From assembly GCA_045600925.1 (NCBI GenBank), contig JAZRYV010000097.1:1-38640 (forward strand): a stretch of DNA of 38,640 bases, given 5' to 3'. The translations under genes were made by a program, and so were the position numbers. The first letter of the stretch is position 1. Each line of letters starts with the position of its first letter. The notes under the pieces are model-generated. The model searched no databases. It was not told where the DNA came from and saw only the letters and a list, made by a program, of their open reading frames with translations. The DNA is from Spirochaetota bacterium (GTDB lineage: Bacteria; Spirochaetota; UBA4802; UBA5550). This document shows, piece by piece, positions 17,785 through 28,557 of the stretch.

Positions 17785-18189
17785 TTACGATATTTCGCAG
17801 ATTATTTCGCCACCTACATTCAGCTTCTTTGCAACTTTGTTAGTTACAACGCCTTTGGATGTAGACAGTATCCAAATTCCAATATTGTTAAGAACAGGCT
17901 TCAGATCTTCTGCCTTAACATAAACTCTTCTTCCCGGCTTGCTTATTCTTTCAAGACTGAGAATAGAAGATTCAGTTGCAGAAGGATATTTAAGATAAAC
18001 TCTGAGCGTCTTCTGCTTATTAGGAGACTCTATAATTTTAAAATTCTTTATAAAGCCTTCATCTTTCAAAATCTTTGTTATAGAAACCTTCAGTTTTGAA
18101 GAAGGTATATCTACTTTTAACTGACCGGCCTGTATAGCATTTCTAATTCTGGTCAACATATCTGATATCGGATCTGTAACAGCACTCAT
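17785..18189 (-). CDS. rpsH: 30S ribosomal protein uS8
   Basis: 134 aa. TDPISDMLTRIRNA and STSKGVVTNKVAKKLNVGGEIICEI are S8 signatures. Confidence 0.97.
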   Translation of the reverse strand: MSAVTDPISDMLTRIRNAIQAGQLKVDIPSSKLKVSITKILKDEGFIKNFKIIESPNKQKTLRVYLKYPSATESSILSLERISKPGRRVYVKAEDLKPVLNNIGIWILSTSKGVVTNKVAKKLNVGGEIICEIS

Positions 18190-18223
18190 CTTCCTATTGC
18201 TCCGCTTATAAATTCTCTAATTA

Positions 18224-18409
18224 TTACCATGATGATTTTGTAACGCCTGGAAGCTGACCTTCACTGGCAAGCTTTCTAAAACATAATCTGCACATATCAA
18301 ATCTTCTCATATAGGCTCTTGGACGCCCACAGATCTGACAACGATTATATTCACGAACACCAAATTTCCCAGGTCTCTGCTGCTTGGCTATCATACTTGT
18401 CTTTGCCAC
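18224..18409 (-). CDS. rpsN: 30S ribosomal protein uS14, short zinc-binding type Z form
   Basis: 61 aa. The start codon is GTG (complement of cac at 18407-18409) with an AGGAG SD 7 nt upstream. [22 protein letters not shown] carries CxxC..CxxC. Confidence 0.95.
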   Translation of the reverse strand: MAKTSMIAKQQRPGKFGVREYNRCQICGRPRAYMRRFDMCRLCFRKLASEGQLPGVTKSSW

Positions 18410-18419
18410 AATATATCTC

Positions 18420-18965
18420 CTACTGTTCCCTGAAAGGCATATTAAATTCTTTCAGCAGAGCAAAAGCTTCTTCTTTTGTTTTTGCTGAAGTAACAATAGT
18501 GATGTTGATACCATGTATCTTGTCAACTTTGTCAAAATCTATTTCAGGGAAAATAATCTGTTCCATTACTGAAAAATTATAATTGCCGAAATTGTCAAAA
18601 GATTTTCTAGAAATTCCCTTAAAGTCCCTTACACGAGGAAGAGAAAAATTAATCAGTCTGTCAAGGAATTCATACATTCTGTCGCCACGAAGGGTAACTC
18701 TGCATCCTACATCATATCCTTCACGAATCTTAAAGTTGGCGATAGCTTTTCTGGCTACAGTTTTAACAGCCTTCTGACCTGCAATCAGAGACAGTTCATC
18801 AACTGCTGCACTGAGAGCAGCAGTATTAGCATGACCGTCTCCCATTCCAACATTAAGAACTATTTTCTCAAGCTTTGGAACCTGCATTATTGTTGAACAG
18901 TTCAGATCTGCTTTAAGCTTATTTTTAATTACATTGTTATATTGTTCTCTTAATCGTGCTGCCAT
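18420..18965 (-). CDS. rplE: 50S ribosomal protein uL5
   Basis: 181 aa. [43 protein letters not shown] and [16 protein letters not shown] are L5 signatures. Confidence 0.97.
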   Translation of the reverse strand: MAARLREQYNNVIKNKLKADLNCSTIMQVPKLEKIVLNVGMGDGHANTAALSAAVDELSLIAGQKAVKTVARKAIANFKIREGYDVGCRVTLRGDRMYEFLDRLINFSLPRVRDFKGISRKSFDNFGNYNFSVMEQIIFPEIDFDKVDKIHGINITIVTSAKTKEEAFALLKEFNMPFREQ

Positions 18966-18979
18966 CTCTTTCTTCCTGC

Positions 18980-19297
18980 TTAATCAAGGCTCTTGCCGCA
19001 TTTCAGGCAAACCCTGCTCTTTGCTTTATCAGCGGCAATTGAACTTTTAATTTTAACACCTTTATTACATTTATCACAAAAATACATTACATTGGATAAA
19101 TTAATCGGGAACTCCCTTGTAACAGCATGTCCGCTTGGATTTTCCTGATTCGGACGCATAAATTTAGTCCTTTTATTTATTCCTTCTACTATAACACGAC
19201 CGCCTTTGGCATCCAAGTGAAGGACTTTTCCCTTTCTTCCACGCTCAGCTCCGCTGATAACAACGACATTGTCGTTTACTTTAATTTTTGTTTTCAT
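18980..19297 (-). CDS. rplX: 50S ribosomal protein uL24 with a four-Cys C-terminus
   Basis: The track start at 19339 is a TTG that overlaps rplN, so I trimmed to the ATG at 19295-19297. This gives [25 protein letters not shown], the KOW motif (105 aa). The C-terminus FCDKCNKG...[11 protein letters not shown] carries CxxC-x19-CxxC. Confidence 0.93.
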   Translation of the reverse strand: MKTKIKVNDNVVVISGAERGRKGKVLHLDAKGGRVIVEGINKRTKFMRPNQENPSGHAVTREFPINLSNVMYFCDKCNKGVKIKSSIAADKAKSRVCLKCGKSLD

Positions 19298-19310
19298 TAT
19301 CCTTACCACT

Positions 19311-19703
19311 CTATAATACTTCAGGAGCCAGTGAAACAATTTTCATAAAGTTTTTATCACGAAGCTCACGGGCAACAGGCCCGAAAATACGTGATCCTTT
19401 AGGCTCTCCCTTTGCATCAATGATAGCTACTGCATTATCATCAAAACGAATATAAGTTCCGTCTTTTCTTCTGACTGCATTTTTTGTTCTTACAATAACT
19501 GCTTTTAAAACAGATTTGGAATGAACCTTTTTCCCGGTAGAATCTTTAAGACCGTAAGCAGGAAGGGAATCCTGTACGGCACATACGATTATATCCCCGA
19601 CCGTTGCATATCTTCTCTTGGATCCGCCAAGAATTTTTATACACTGAACCTTTTTTACTCCGGTATTATCGGCTACATCAAGTATAGTTTCGACCTGTAT
19701 CAT
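19311..19703 (-). CDS. rplN: 50S ribosomal protein uL14
   Basis: 130 aa. [15 protein letters not shown] and [26 protein letters not shown] are L14 signatures. It contains an insertion of about 8 aa compared with my recollection of the E. coli sequence. Confidence 0.96.
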   Translation of the reverse strand: MIQVETILDVADNTGVKKVQCIKILGGSKRRYATVGDIIVCAVQDSLPAYGLKDSTGKKVHSKSVLKAVIVRTKNAVRRKDGTYIRFDDNAVAIIDAKGEPKGSRIFGPVARELRDKNFMKIVSLAPEVL

Positions 19704-19713
19704 CGCTAAACCC

Positions 19714-19965
19714 CTATTTCACTTTCTCAATAATCTCAGCAAGTCTGTAGTGTTTTTCCTTTGACAGAGGTTTTGTTTCTATCATACGTACAATATCACC
19801 CACAGAGCACTCATTTCTCTCGTCATGCCCTTTTACCTTTTTTGTACGATGAACAGATTTCTTGTACAATGGATGCATAACCAGTTCTTCAATTTCTACA
19901 ACAATGGTTTTATCCATTTTATTGCTGACTACTTTGCCCGTTAACTGTTTTCTATTAGAATTCAT
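19714..19965 (-). CDS. rpsQ: 30S ribosomal protein uS17
   Basis: 83 aa. [40 protein letters not shown] matches the S17 pattern. Confidence 0.96.
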   Translation of the reverse strand: MNSNRKQLTGKVVSNKMDKTIVVEIEELVMHPLYKKSVHRTKKVKGHDERNECSVGDIVRMIETKPLSKEKHYRLAEIIEKVK

Positions 19966-19992
19966 GTTACTTTTCCTGAGTATATGTTAAAA

Positions 19993-20193
19993 CTATCTGC
20001 TTCTGATACCAAGTTCATACTGACGCTGAACCGTCAATATTCTTGCAGCATGTTTTTTTAACTCTTTAATTTTTTTAGGATTTTCAACCTTGCTTGTAAC
20101 GGCTTTAAATCTTTCTTTTCTTAAAGCAATCTTTGTTTCCAAAAGACTCTTATTAAGCTCTTCGGAAGTAAGTTCTTCAATTTTCCCTTTCAT
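19993..20193 (-). CDS. rpmC: 50S ribosomal protein uL29
   Basis: 66 aa, helical and Lys/Glu-rich, with ELTSEELNKSLLETKIALRKERF. It sits between rplP and rpsQ. Confidence 0.93.
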   Translation of the reverse strand: MKGKIEELTSEELNKSLLETKIALRKERFKAVTSKVENPKKIKELKKHAARILTVQRQYELGIRSR

Positions 20194-20210
20194 TCTGCTT
20201 CCTCAACTGA

Positions 20211-20621
20211 CTATTTTTCACAAACGATAAACTTGGTTTTGAGCGGAAGCTTGTGAGATGCACTTAAAAAAGCCTCTCTTGCCAGAGCTTCATCAACACC
20301 GGCAATTTCAAACATAACTCTTCCAGGTTTAACACGAGCTACATATAATTCCGGATCCCCTTTACCTTTTCCCATTCTTGTTTCAGCCGGCTTCTTTGTT
20401 ACAGGAAAATCAGGGAATATACGGATCCAAAGTTTTCCGCCTCTTTTAACTTTTCTTGTTATAGCAATACGAGCTGCTTCTATCTGACGAGATGAAATTT
20501 TTCCACTTTCAGTTGCTTTGAGACCGAAATCACCAAAGGAAACATCAGTTCCCCTTCCTGCAATCCCAATCATACGGCCTCTCTGAACCTTTCTGTGTTT
20601 TACCCTTTTTGGCATTAACAT
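20211..20621 (-). CDS. rplP: 50S ribosomal protein uL16
   Basis: 136 aa. [17 protein letters not shown] and [30 protein letters not shown] are L16 signatures. Confidence 0.97.
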   Translation of the reverse strand: MLMPKRVKHRKVQRGRMIGIAGRGTDVSFGDFGLKATESGKISSRQIEAARIAITRKVKRGGKLWIRIFPDFPVTKKPAETRMGKGKGDPELYVARVKPGRVMFEIAGVDEALAREAFLSASHKLPLKTKFIVCEK

Positions 20622-20645
20622 AGCAATTACCTTACCTGTACAAGA

Positions 20646-21326
20646 CTACTTGGTTTTTCTTTTGACAGTATATTTGTCTTCTTCGTTTTCCTGAGCATTA
20701 GATAAAATGTTTCCATTATAAACCCAAACTTTAACTCCTATCAAACCAAATGTTGTAAGAGCCTCAGCAAAACCATAATCAATATCTGCTCTTAAAGTAT
20801 GAAGAGGAATACGTCCTTCCTTATATACTTCAGTTCTGGCCATTTCAGCATTATTTAAACGACCGGAAACCACAATTTTTATTCCTAAAGAACCACTTCT
20901 AAGTGCATTAGTAATAGCCTGCTTTACAGATCTGCGATAAGGGAAACGGCCTTCGATCTGATTTGCAATCTGCTCTGCAATTAATTTAGAGGTTTTTTCA
21001 GGTTTCTTAACCTCAACAATATTGATATAAACATCCTTTGTTGCTATCCCCTGAAGTTCTCCTTTAAGCTTTTCAATATCAGCACCTTTCTTTCCGATAA
21101 GAACACCAGGACGTGATGCATGAATGTTTACATTTATACGATCAGGAAAACGTTCAATAACTACCTGACCGATTCCTGCATTCTTTTTATTTGCACTGAT
21201 ATACTTTTTGATTTTAAGATCTTCATGAACATTTTTGGCATATGACTTCTTATCTTCATACCAGATAGAGTCCCATGTACGGGTAATGCCAACTCTGATT
21301 CCTGTAGGATTAACTTTCTGCCCCAT
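20646..21326 (-). CDS. rpsC: 30S ribosomal protein uS3
   Basis: 226 aa. [23 protein letters not shown] is present, together with the KH domain [15 protein letters not shown]. Confidence 0.97.
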   Translation of the reverse strand: MGQKVNPTGIRVGITRTWDSIWYEDKKSYAKNVHEDLKIKKYISANKKNAGIGQVVIERFPDRINVNIHASRPGVLIGKKGADIEKLKGELQGIATKDVYINIVEVKKPEKTSKLIAEQIANQIEGRFPYRRSVKQAITNALRSGSLGIKIVVSGRLNNAEMARTEVYKEGRIPLHTLRADIDYGFAEALTTFGLIGVKVWVYNGNILSNAQENEEDKYTVKRKTK

Positions 21327-21344
21327 CTATAGTCCCTTCTCTAA

Positions 21345-21683
21345 TTAATTTTCATCAGATAAAACAATAAAAATATTGCTTGTTCTTTTACGAACTCTGC
21401 CAGCACGTCCTCTTGCTCTAGCCTGGAAACGTTTAAGAGTAGGACCTTCATCTATTGCTATCTTTTTAACATAGAGATCCTTTTCGATAATGGAAGGATT
21501 CTTATATTTAGCATTTGCACCTGCAGATGTTAAAGTTTTAAGAATTAATCCTGCTGATTTCTGAGGCATTGCTTTTAAAGTATCAACAGCCTCAGGTAAT
21601 GAAATACCACGGATTTCATCTGCAACAAGACGAGCCTTCTGAGCTGATACTCTGTTTGTTTTTGAAAGTGCCTTTGATTCCAT
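21345..21683 (-). CDS. rplV: 50S ribosomal protein uL22
   Basis: 112 aa. SAQKARLVADEIRG and GPTLKRFQARARGRAGRVRKRTSNI are L22 signatures. Its ATG overlaps the rpsS stop by 1 nt (TAATG). Confidence 0.96.
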   Translation of the reverse strand: MESKALSKTNRVSAQKARLVADEIRGISLPEAVDTLKAMPQKSAGLILKTLTSAGANAKYKNPSIIEKDLYVKKIAIDEGPTLKRFQARARGRAGRVRKRTSNIFIVLSDEN

Positions 21684-21970
21684 TATTTAGTCCTCTTAGC
21701 TGTTTTGTCATCCTTGTTGCTGTGACCTCTGTATGTTCTTGTAGGAGCAAATTCGCCAAGCTTATGTCCTACAATCTGTTCTGTCACATAAACAGGGATA
21801 AATGTTTTTCCGTTATGAACCATAATTGTATGACCGATCATTTCAGGAAAAATTGTAGATCTGCGTGACCAGGTTTTAATACTTTTTTTCTGATTATTTG
21901 CATTCATCTCTTCAATATTTTTGAAGAGCTTTGTATCAACAAATGGACCTTTTTTTATAGACCGTGCCAT
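21683..21970 (-). CDS. rpsS: 30S ribosomal protein uS19
   Basis: 95 aa. [37 protein letters not shown] and [12 protein letters not shown] are S19 signatures. Confidence 0.97.
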   Translation of the reverse strand: MARSIKKGPFVDTKLFKNIEEMNANNQKKSIKTWSRRSTIFPEMIGHTIMVHNGKTFIPVYVTEQIVGHKLGEFAPTRTYRGHSNKDDKTAKRTK

Positions 21971-21974
21971 ATAA

Positions 21975-22799
21975 TTACTTCCTTCTCTTCACGATTAATT
22001 TATCGCTGTATTTAGTCTTCTTCCTGGTTTTATAACCCTTTGTAGGCTGACCGGTAGGAGAAACAGGATGGCGTCCTCCTGAAGTCTTTCCTTCACCACC
22101 ACCCATAGGATGGTCAACAGGGTTCATAACAACACCACGAACCTTCGGACGTCTTTTAAGCCATCTTGTACGTCCTGCTTTTCCAAGGGAAATATTGGAG
22201 TGTTCCTTATTTCCAACAGTTCCTATTGTTGCATAACATTCAGCAAAAATCCTACGGATTTCACCTGAAGGAAGCTTTACAAGACCATAGTTTCCTTCTT
22301 TTGCTGCCAGAACTGCAGTAACACCTGCGGATCTTACCAGCTGTCCTCCTTTGCCTTTGTTAAGCTCAATATTATATATTTCTGTTCCTACAGGAATATT
22401 TTTTATTGGAAGACTGTTTCCTGCTTTAATGTCAACATTCTCACCGCTGATAATTGTGTCACCAACTTTTATGTCAGCAGGTGCTATTATATATCTTTTT
22501 TCTCCATCAAGATAACTAAGAAGAGCGATATTAGAAGTTCTGTTAGGATCATACTCTACAGAAACTACTCTTGCCTCTATATTGAATTTATCTCTCTTAA
22601 AATCTATCACACGGTAACGTCTCTTATGTCCACCGCCTCTTCTTCTGACAGAAACCTGTCCTTTGTAACCACGACCAGCAAGTTCTGTTTTACCATGAGT
22701 AAGAGGCTTATATGGTTTTGAAGCTGTTATCTCAGAAAAATCGAGAACAGTCTTATATCGTGTGGTCGGTGTAATTGGTCTGTATTTTTTGATTCCCAT
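21975..22799 (-). CDS. rplB: 50S ribosomal protein uL2
   Basis: 274 aa. [17 protein letters not shown] and [26 protein letters not shown] are L2 signatures. Confidence 0.98.
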   Translation of the reverse strand: MGIKKYRPITPTTRYKTVLDFSEITASKPYKPLTHGKTELAGRGYKGQVSVRRRGGGHKRRYRVIDFKRDKFNIEARVVSVEYDPNRTSNIALLSYLDGEKRYIIAPADIKVGDTIISGENVDIKAGNSLPIKNIPVGTEIYNIELNKGKGGQLVRSAGVTAVLAAKEGNYGLVKLPSGEIRRIFAECYATIGTVGNKEHSNISLGKAGRTRWLKRRPKVRGVVMNPVDHPMGGGEGKTSGGRHPVSPTGQPTKGYKTRKKTKYSDKLIVKRRK

Positions 22800-22840
22800 A
22801 TTTAAACCCTTTTTCTACCGCATCTAAAATATTATTATCT

Positions 22841-23122
22841 CTAAGACTCGAAAATTTCAATTTTATCGCCAGCTTTAAGAGTGACGACAGCTTTTTTCCA
22901 GGCTGCAGATTTTCCGAATCTGTATCTGAGTCTGCGAAGTTTACCACGGACAACAATGATATTTACACTTTCAGGCTGCACCCCGAATGCTGATTTTACA
23001 GCCTGTTTTATCATTATTTTATTAGCCCTCATCGGTACTTCAAATACATACTTGTTCGCTTCCATAAAACCGGTGGATTTTTCAGAGATAATCGGACGGA
23101 TTATAACATCATTATAATTCAT
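22841..23122 (-). CDS. rplW: 50S ribosomal protein uL23
   Basis: 93 aa. IIRPIISEKS and KIMIKQAVKSAFGVQPESVNI match L23. Its ATG directly abuts the rplD stop. Confidence 0.95.
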   Translation of the reverse strand: MNYNDVIIRPIISEKSTGFMEANKYVFEVPMRANKIMIKQAVKSAFGVQPESVNIIVVRGKLRRLRYRFGKSAAWKKAVVTLKAGDKIEIFES

Positions 23123-23749
23123 TTACTGTGCCACCTTTGAATATTTTTCATTAAGAATCTGAACTGCACTTTCTGTAATTATCACATTTTTGGAATAAAA
23201 TAAGTCTCTTCCTGATAATCTCTGAACATTATTATGAAGAAACCATGGAATATTTCTGAAAGCACGCTTAAGAAGTGAATTTTCAGAACCAGTAATAAGA
23301 ACTCCTTTCTTTACATCAAGTGCCTTTCCTACTGCTGCAGCCTCTTTTGTTTTTCCGGTTGTTTCAAAATCCTCAACAACCTTAATTGCTCCTTCCTGAG
23401 CTTTTATTGTGAATATTGAACGATAAGCAGCCTGTTTCATTTTCCTGGGCATGGAGATGCTGTAGTCTCTCGGTCTCGGACCGAATACCGTTCCTCCGCC
23501 AACCCAGATAGGAGAACGGGAAGATCCGGAACGGGCACGGCCTGTACCTTTCTGCTTCCACGGCTTTACTCCGCCACCGCTTACATCACTTCTTTCCTTT
23601 GTCTTATGAGTGCCCTGACGAAGATTTGCGTTTGCTGCCTTAATGTATTCATAAACAAGAACATCATTAACTTTTGCATCAAAAACTTCATCTGCAAGTT
23701 CAACCTGCCCAACTACTTTTCCATCAATAGAATATTTATCTACCTTCAT
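23123..23749 (-). CDS. rplD: 50S ribosomal protein uL4
   Basis: 208 aa. GGGVKPWKQKGTGRARSGSSRSPIWVGGGTVFGPRPRDY is the L4 signature. Confidence 0.97.
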   Translation of the reverse strand: MKVDKYSIDGKVVGQVELADEVFDAKVNDVLVYEYIKAANANLRQGTHKTKERSDVSGGGVKPWKQKGTGRARSGSSRSPIWVGGGTVFGPRPRDYSISMPRKMKQAAYRSIFTIKAQEGAIKVVEDFETTGKTKEAAAVGKALDVKKGVLITGSENSLLKRAFRNIPWFLHNNVQRLSGRDLFYSKNVIITESAVQILNEKYSKVAQ

Positions 23750-23768
23750 TTCTCTTACCTGCTGATGA

Positions 23769-24392
23769 CTATTTTTCCCGAATAGTAATGATGGAATTTC
23801 TTCTTCCAGGAACAGCCCCTGAAATCAGAACAAGGTTCTTATCCTGAAGAATCTTAACAACCTTGAGATTTTTTACAGTTACCCTGGCTGTTCCCATGTG
23901 TCCAGGAAGTCTTTTTCCTTTCCATACTTCACCGGGATAAGCGCATGCACCAACTGAACCTGGAGCTCTGTGGAAATGAGAACCGTGTGTTTTACGTCCA
24001 CCACCAAAACCATGTCTTTTAATTACACCGGCATATCCTTTACCTTTTGATATACCGCAAACATCAACTGTATCATTTTCTGCAAAAATTGTGCAGTCAA
24101 CAACACTTCCTACATCAAGACCATCATCAAAAACCTGAACTTCACGAAAAACCCTTTTCATAGGGAGATTTTTCTTTTTAAGGTCCTTAGCTACAGGTGA
24201 AGAAAGGTGACTTTCCTTAACATCCTGGTATCCAAGCTTTAATGCATTATATCCATCGTTTTCAACTGTCTTTTTCTGAACAACAACACAGGGACCAAGT
24301 TCACAGACTGTTACAGGAACAATATTTCCATTTGCCTCTGCAACCTGTGTCATCCCTATCTTTTTTCCAATAAGTGCTTTCTTCATCACCAT
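23769..24392 (-). CDS. rplC: 50S ribosomal protein uL3
   Basis: 207 aa. LIGKKIGMTQV and GKGYAGVIKRHGFGGGRKTHGSHFHRAPGS are L3 signatures. The true start may be the second ATG at 24386 (MKKALIGKK). Confidence 0.96.
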   Translation of the reverse strand: MVMKKALIGKKIGMTQVAEANGNIVPVTVCELGPCVVVQKKTVENDGYNALKLGYQDVKESHLSSPVAKDLKKKNLPMKRVFREVQVFDDGLDVGSVVDCTIFAENDTVDVCGISKGKGYAGVIKRHGFGGGRKTHGSHFHRAPGSVGACAYPGEVWKGKRLPGHMGTARVTVKNLKVVKILQDKNLVLISGAVPGRRNSIITIREK

Positions 24393-24466
24393 AACCCATT
24401 CATAGCAATAGTATATATCTACTACATTCGTAGCTATTTTTCAAAAAACCAGTTTATTAACAACCG

Positions 24467-24784
24467 TCAAGATTTTATATCTACTGAAACGCCGGCAGGG
24501 AGTTCAAGCTTCATCAGAGCGTCTACAGTATTTGAATTTGGATCAATTATATCAATTAAGCGTTTGTGAGTACGTATTTCAAACTGTTCTCTGGATTTCT
24601 TATTGACATGAGGAGATCTCAATACACAAAATTTTTCAACCTTAGTTGGTAAAGGAACAGGCCCTGCAATCTTTGCTCCACTCCTGTTGGTTGTTGCTAC
24701 TATTTTCTCAGTTGACTGATCCAGAAGCTTTGCATCAAAGGATCTCAATTTTACCCGTATCCGTTGTCCTGTTATCTTTGACAC
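24467..24784 (-). CDS. rpsJ: 30S ribosomal protein uS10
   Basis: 105 aa. The start codon is GTG (complement of cac at 24782-24784) with an AGGAAAGGA SD region upstream. [25 protein letters not shown] and [12 protein letters not shown] are S10 signatures. Confidence 0.96.
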   Translation of the reverse strand: MSKITGQRIRVKLRSFDAKLLDQSTEKIVATTNRSGAKIAGPVPLPTKVEKFCVLRSPHVNKKSREQFEIRTHKRLIDIIDPNSNTVDALMKLELPAGVSVDIKS

Positions 24785-24815
24785 TGTTTTTTTCCTTTCC
24801 TGTACAAATTAGTAT

Positions 24816-24850
24816 AAACTCAGGTCATCTTTTCAGGATGACCTGAGTTT
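24816..24850 (-). terminator. 14-bp perfect stem-loop between tuf and rpsJ (attenuator or processing hairpin)
   Basis: aaactcaggtcatc/ttttcag/gatgacctgagttt. On the minus strand it begins about 29 nt after the tuf stop and ends about 32 nt before the rpsJ GTG. The trailing U-tract is short (UUUAUACUAAUUU). Confidence 0.5.
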
Positions 24851-24878
24851 GTCGAGAAAATTTCTATTAATTTTCTTT

Positions 24879-26093
24879 TTACTCTATAACCTTAACTACT
24901 ACACCGGCTCCAACTGTTCTTCCACCCTCACGGATAGCAAAACGAAGCTCTTCTTCCATAGCAACCGGAGTAATAAGTTCAACAGTAATATCAACATTAT
25001 CACCAGGCATTACCATTTCAACACCTTCACCGAGATGAATTGTTCCGGTAACGTCAGTTGTTCTGAAATAAAACTGTGGTCTGTAGTTATTCTGGAAAGG
25101 AGTATGACGTCCGCCTTCTTCTTTCTTCAGAATATAAACATGTCCTTCGAACTTTGTATGAGGAGTAATAGAACCGGGTTTAGCAAGAACCTGTCCACGT
25201 TCTACATCTTCCTTTGCTGTTCCACGAAGCAGACATCCTACATTATCTCCTGCAATACCTTCGTCCAGAAGCTTTCTGAACATTTCAACACCGGTACATA
25301 CAGTCTTCTGAGTTTCTTTGAATCCGATAATTGCGACTTCATCACCAACATGAACAGTACCACGTTCAATTCGCCCTGTAACAACTGTACCACGTCCCTG
25401 AATTGAGAAAATATCCTCAATAGGCATAAGGAAAGGCTTGTCACGGTCTCTCTGAGGCTCAGGTACATATGTATCAAGAGCTTCTCCGAGTTTCAGAACG
25501 GATTTAAACCATTCGTCTTCTGTATCTCCTTTGTCTGCAGCTTCAAGAGCCTTAAGGGCAGATCCCTGAACAACAGGAACATCATCTCCCGGGAAGTCAT
25601 TCTTGGAAAGAAGTTCACGGATTTCCATTTCTACAAGCTCAACCATCTCTGCTCTGTCTGCAGGATCAAGCATGTCTACCTTGTTAAGGAATACAATTAT
25701 GTAAGGAACGTTAACCTGATGTGCAAGAAGAACGTGTTCTTTTGTCTGAGGCATTGCACCGTCTGTTGCAGCTACAACAAGAATAGCAGCATCCATCTGT
25801 GCAGCACCTGTAATCATGTTCTTTACATAGTCAGCATGACCAGGACAGTCAACATGTGCATAGTGTCTGTTTGGTGTTTCATACTCCTGATGAGAAGTTG
25901 CAATCGTTATTCCTCTTGCCTTTTCTTCCGGGGCATTGTCGATCTGGTCGAAATTAACTGCTTTACCTGTACCATATGCGAGATGAAAGCATTTGGTAAG
26001 AGCAGAAGTCAAGGTTGTTTTACCATGGTCAATGTGGCCGATTGTACCAACATTTACATGTGGCTTGGTTCTTTCAAATTTCTCTTTAGCCAT
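24879..26093 (-). CDS. tuf: Elongation factor Tu
   Basis: 404 aa. GTPase motifs are [17 protein letters not shown] and NKVDM, and the C-terminus is [16 protein letters not shown] strong AAGGAG SD is present. Confidence 0.98.
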   Translation of the reverse strand: MAKEKFERTKPHVNVGTIGHIDHGKTTLTSALTKCFHLAYGTGKAVNFDQIDNAPEEKARGITIATSHQEYETPNRHYAHVDCPGHADYVKNMITGAAQMDAAILVVAATDGAMPQTKEHVLLAHQVNVPYIIVFLNKVDMLDPADRAEMVELVEMEIRELLSKNDFPGDDVPVVQGSALKALEAADKGDTEDEWFKSVLKLGEALDTYVPEPQRDRDKPFLMPIEDIFSIQGRGTVVTGRIERGTVHVGDEVAIIGFKETQKTVCTGVEMFRKLLDEGIAGDNVGCLLRGTAKEDVERGQVLAKPGSITPHTKFEGHVYILKKEEGGRHTPFQNNYRPQFYFRTTDVTGTIHLGEGVEMVMPGDNVDITVELITPVAMEEELRFAIREGGRTVGAGVVVKVIE

Positions 26094-26241
26094 TTTGATA
26101 CTCCTTTATAAATTTCCCTGGTTCCTGTTAAAAAAGAAACTCATGCAGCATACTGATAAGTCAGCAGCTGCCATTTATTTTTACAGATTAAATAATTTGT
26201 ATTATTACTGCAAACTGCTAAAATAAGGCGGCAGTTTTTGA

Positions 26242-26270
26242 AATAAAAAAAAATATGCATATTCTGTCAA
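26242..26270 (-). promoter_or_regulatory. Candidate sigma70-type promoter in the fusA-tuf spacer
   Basis: The minus strand reads TTGACA (26270-26265), then a 17-nt spacer, then TTTATT (26247-26242). This lies within a 240-bp A/T-rich gap, about 150 nt upstream of the tuf ATG. Confidence 0.3.
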
Positions 26271-26333
26271 GTAATTAATCAATTTTTCCTTTTAGAGTCA
26301 AAAATTAATTTATTAAACGACATAATCAGTCTA

Positions 26334-28424
26334 TTAATAGGACACAAGCCCTCTGATTCTGGCTACAAGATTCTCTGTAATGCCTGCAGGAACGTTTTCA
26401 TAATGAGAGAACTGCAGAGTATGTGTTGCCCGGCCCTGTGTAACCGATCTCAGATTTGTTGCATATCCGAAAACTTCTGCCAGAGGAACAAAGGCATCAA
26501 CAACCTTCAGTTCACCAAGCATTCCTATATTTTCTATCCGGCCTCTGCGGCTGTTAAGATCGTTTATTACATCTCCCACATAATCATCAGGTACAACGAC
26601 CTCCAGTTTCATCACCGGTTCAACAAGAGCAGGTCCTGCTTTTTCAACAGCCTCACGGAAGGCTATGTTTGCAGCAATACGATAGGCTACATCCACAGAA
26701 CGGCTTTCATCAAACTCTGCCCCAGTAAGTTCAGCCTGTATATCGTCCATCTTATAACCGGCCAGAACACCTGATTCCATGGAATCACGAATACCGGATT
26801 CAGCGGCTGCAGCAAAAAGTTCAGGCAGCACTTCTGAAGAAACCCTGTTGATAAAAACCAGCCCGCTGCCCTTTTCAGCAGGAGATACTGTAAGAGAAAC
26901 ATTCCCGTACTGTTCCTTTCCTGAAACCACCCTTTCGTAGGCATGAGAAGCAGAGGCAGAACCTGTAACAGTTTCCTTGTATGTAACAACCGGCTTCCCG
27001 ACATTAGCCTGTATGCTGAATTCCCTGATAAGACGGTCGACAATAATCTCCAGATGAAGCTCTCCCATACCATAAATAAGAAGCTGACCTGTTTCATCAT
27101 TTATGCTTGATCTGAAAGTCGGGTCTTCATCTTCAAGACGTCTGAGAGTGGCCACAAGTTTTTCCTGATCGGCCTTCGTTTTCGGCTCAATAGCCACAGA
27201 AATAACAGGATCAGGAAACTCCATCTTTTCAAGAAGAACAGGAGCATCTTCTGAACAGAGAGTATCTCCGGTCCTGGCGTTTTTCAGACCTACAACTGCA
27301 GCAATATCTCCTGTATATATATCGGCTATATCTTCTCTTTCGTTTGCATGCATTCTGAGGAAACGGTTGATTCTCTCCTTTTTCCCCATGGTTACATTAT
27401 AAACAGATTCACCTGCCTTAAAATGTCCAGAATATACCCGGAGATATGTGAGCTTCCCCACATATGGATCTGACATTACTTTAAAAACAAGTGCACAGAA
27501 AGGTTCCCTGTCATCGGCATTTCTGACCACTGTCTTTTCCTGATCTGCAGGATCCGTCCCTTCAACCGGCTTAACATCCTTTGGAGATGGAAGATAATCA
27601 ACAATGGCATCAAGGACAGCCTGAACACCTTTATTTTTCAGAGCAGATCCGCAGAAAACAGGGAAGAGAACCGTTTCTACAGTCTGTCTTCTGATGGCAG
27701 CTTTGATTTCCTCCGGTGTCAGATCCTCCCCGTTGAGATATTTTTCAGCCAGATCATCATCATTGTCTGCAAGAGCTTCTATCATTTTTTCCCTGGCAGA
27801 CAATGCAGAAGCTTTAAGATCTTCAGGGACTTCCTCTTCATTAAATACCTTCCCGTCAGCATCCTTCCAGAAAAAAGCTTTCATTGTAATGAGATCGATC
27901 ACTCCCATGAATCTGTCTTCTGCACCTATGGGATACTGAACAGGCAGAGGTTTTGCATATAGTCTCTCTCTGATCATGGAAATACAGCGGTCAAAATCAG
28001 CCCCTACCCTGTCCATCTTGTTGATAAAACATATTCTCGGGATGTTGTATCTGTCCGCCTGTCTCCATACAGTTTCAGACTGAGGCTCTACTCCTGCAAC
28101 ACCGTCAAAGACTGCAATGGCAGAATCCAGAACCCTCAGACTCCTTTCAACTTCCACTGTAAAATCAACATGACCGGGAGTATCAATGATATTAATACGT
28201 GTATTTTTCCAGCTGCATGTAGTTGCCGCTGCTGTAATTGTGATGCCCCTCTCCTTCTCCTGAACCATCCAGTCCATCTCGGCATTCCCGTCATGGACTT
28301 CTCCAAGTTTATGAGTCTTCCCTGTATAGAAAAGAATTCTTTCTGTCAGAGTTGTTTTTCCGGCATCTATGTGTGCCATAATTCCTATATTACGGGTTCT
28401 TATAACAGGCAGTTCTCTTGCCAT
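26334..28424 (-). CDS. fusA: Elongation factor G
   Basis: 696 aa. GTPase motifs are [17 protein letters not shown] and NKMDR, and domains II-V are present ([13 protein letters not shown]). It sits in the str-operon position after rpsG. Confidence 0.96.
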   Translation of the reverse strand: MARELPVIRTRNIGIMAHIDAGKTTLTERILFYTGKTHKLGEVHDGNAEMDWMVQEKERGITITAAATTCSWKNTRINIIDTPGHVDFTVEVERSLRVLDSAIAVFDGVAGVEPQSETVWRQADRYNIPRICFINKMDRVGADFDRCISMIRERLYAKPLPVQYPIGAEDRFMGVIDLITMKAFFWKDADGKVFNEEEVPEDLKASALSAREKMIEALADNDDDLAEKYLNGEDLTPEEIKAAIRRQTVETVLFPVFCGSALKNKGVQAVLDAIVDYLPSPKDVKPVEGTDPADQEKTVVRNADDREPFCALVFKVMSDPYVGKLTYLRVYSGHFKAGESVYNVTMGKKERINRFLRMHANEREDIADIYTGDIAAVVGLKNARTGDTLCSEDAPVLLEKMEFPDPVISVAIEPKTKADQEKLVATLRRLEDEDPTFRSSINDETGQLLIYGMGELHLEIIVDRLIREFSIQANVGKPVVTYKETVTGSASASHAYERVVSGKEQYGNVSLTVSPAEKGSGLVFINRVSSEVLPELFAAAAESGIRDSMESGVLAGYKMDDIQAELTGAEFDESRSVDVAYRIAANIAFREAVEKAGPALVEPVMKLEVVVPDDYVGDVINDLNSRRGRIENIGMLGELKVVDAFVPLAEVFGYATNLRSVTQGRATHTLQFSHYENVPAGITENLVARIRGLVSY

Positions 28425-28530
28425 ATGGTACCTTCAAAATAAAGTTTTATTTAAATATACAGGACTACTGAATTACGGTAATTCAAAACACGGTTCCCGT
28501 CAGGGAATGACTTTTCAGGAGAGAAACAAA

Positions 28531-28557
28531 GGTCCGGATACTGAAAGCATCCGGACC
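28531..28557 (-). terminator. Stem-loop plus U-rich tract between rpsG and fusA
   Basis: ggtccggat/actgaaagc/atccggacc forms a 9-bp perfect stem (10 bp with a G-U pair). On the minus strand it is followed by UUUGUUUCUCUCC. It starts 14 nt after the rpsG stop and lies in a 146-nt gap. Confidence 0.5.
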
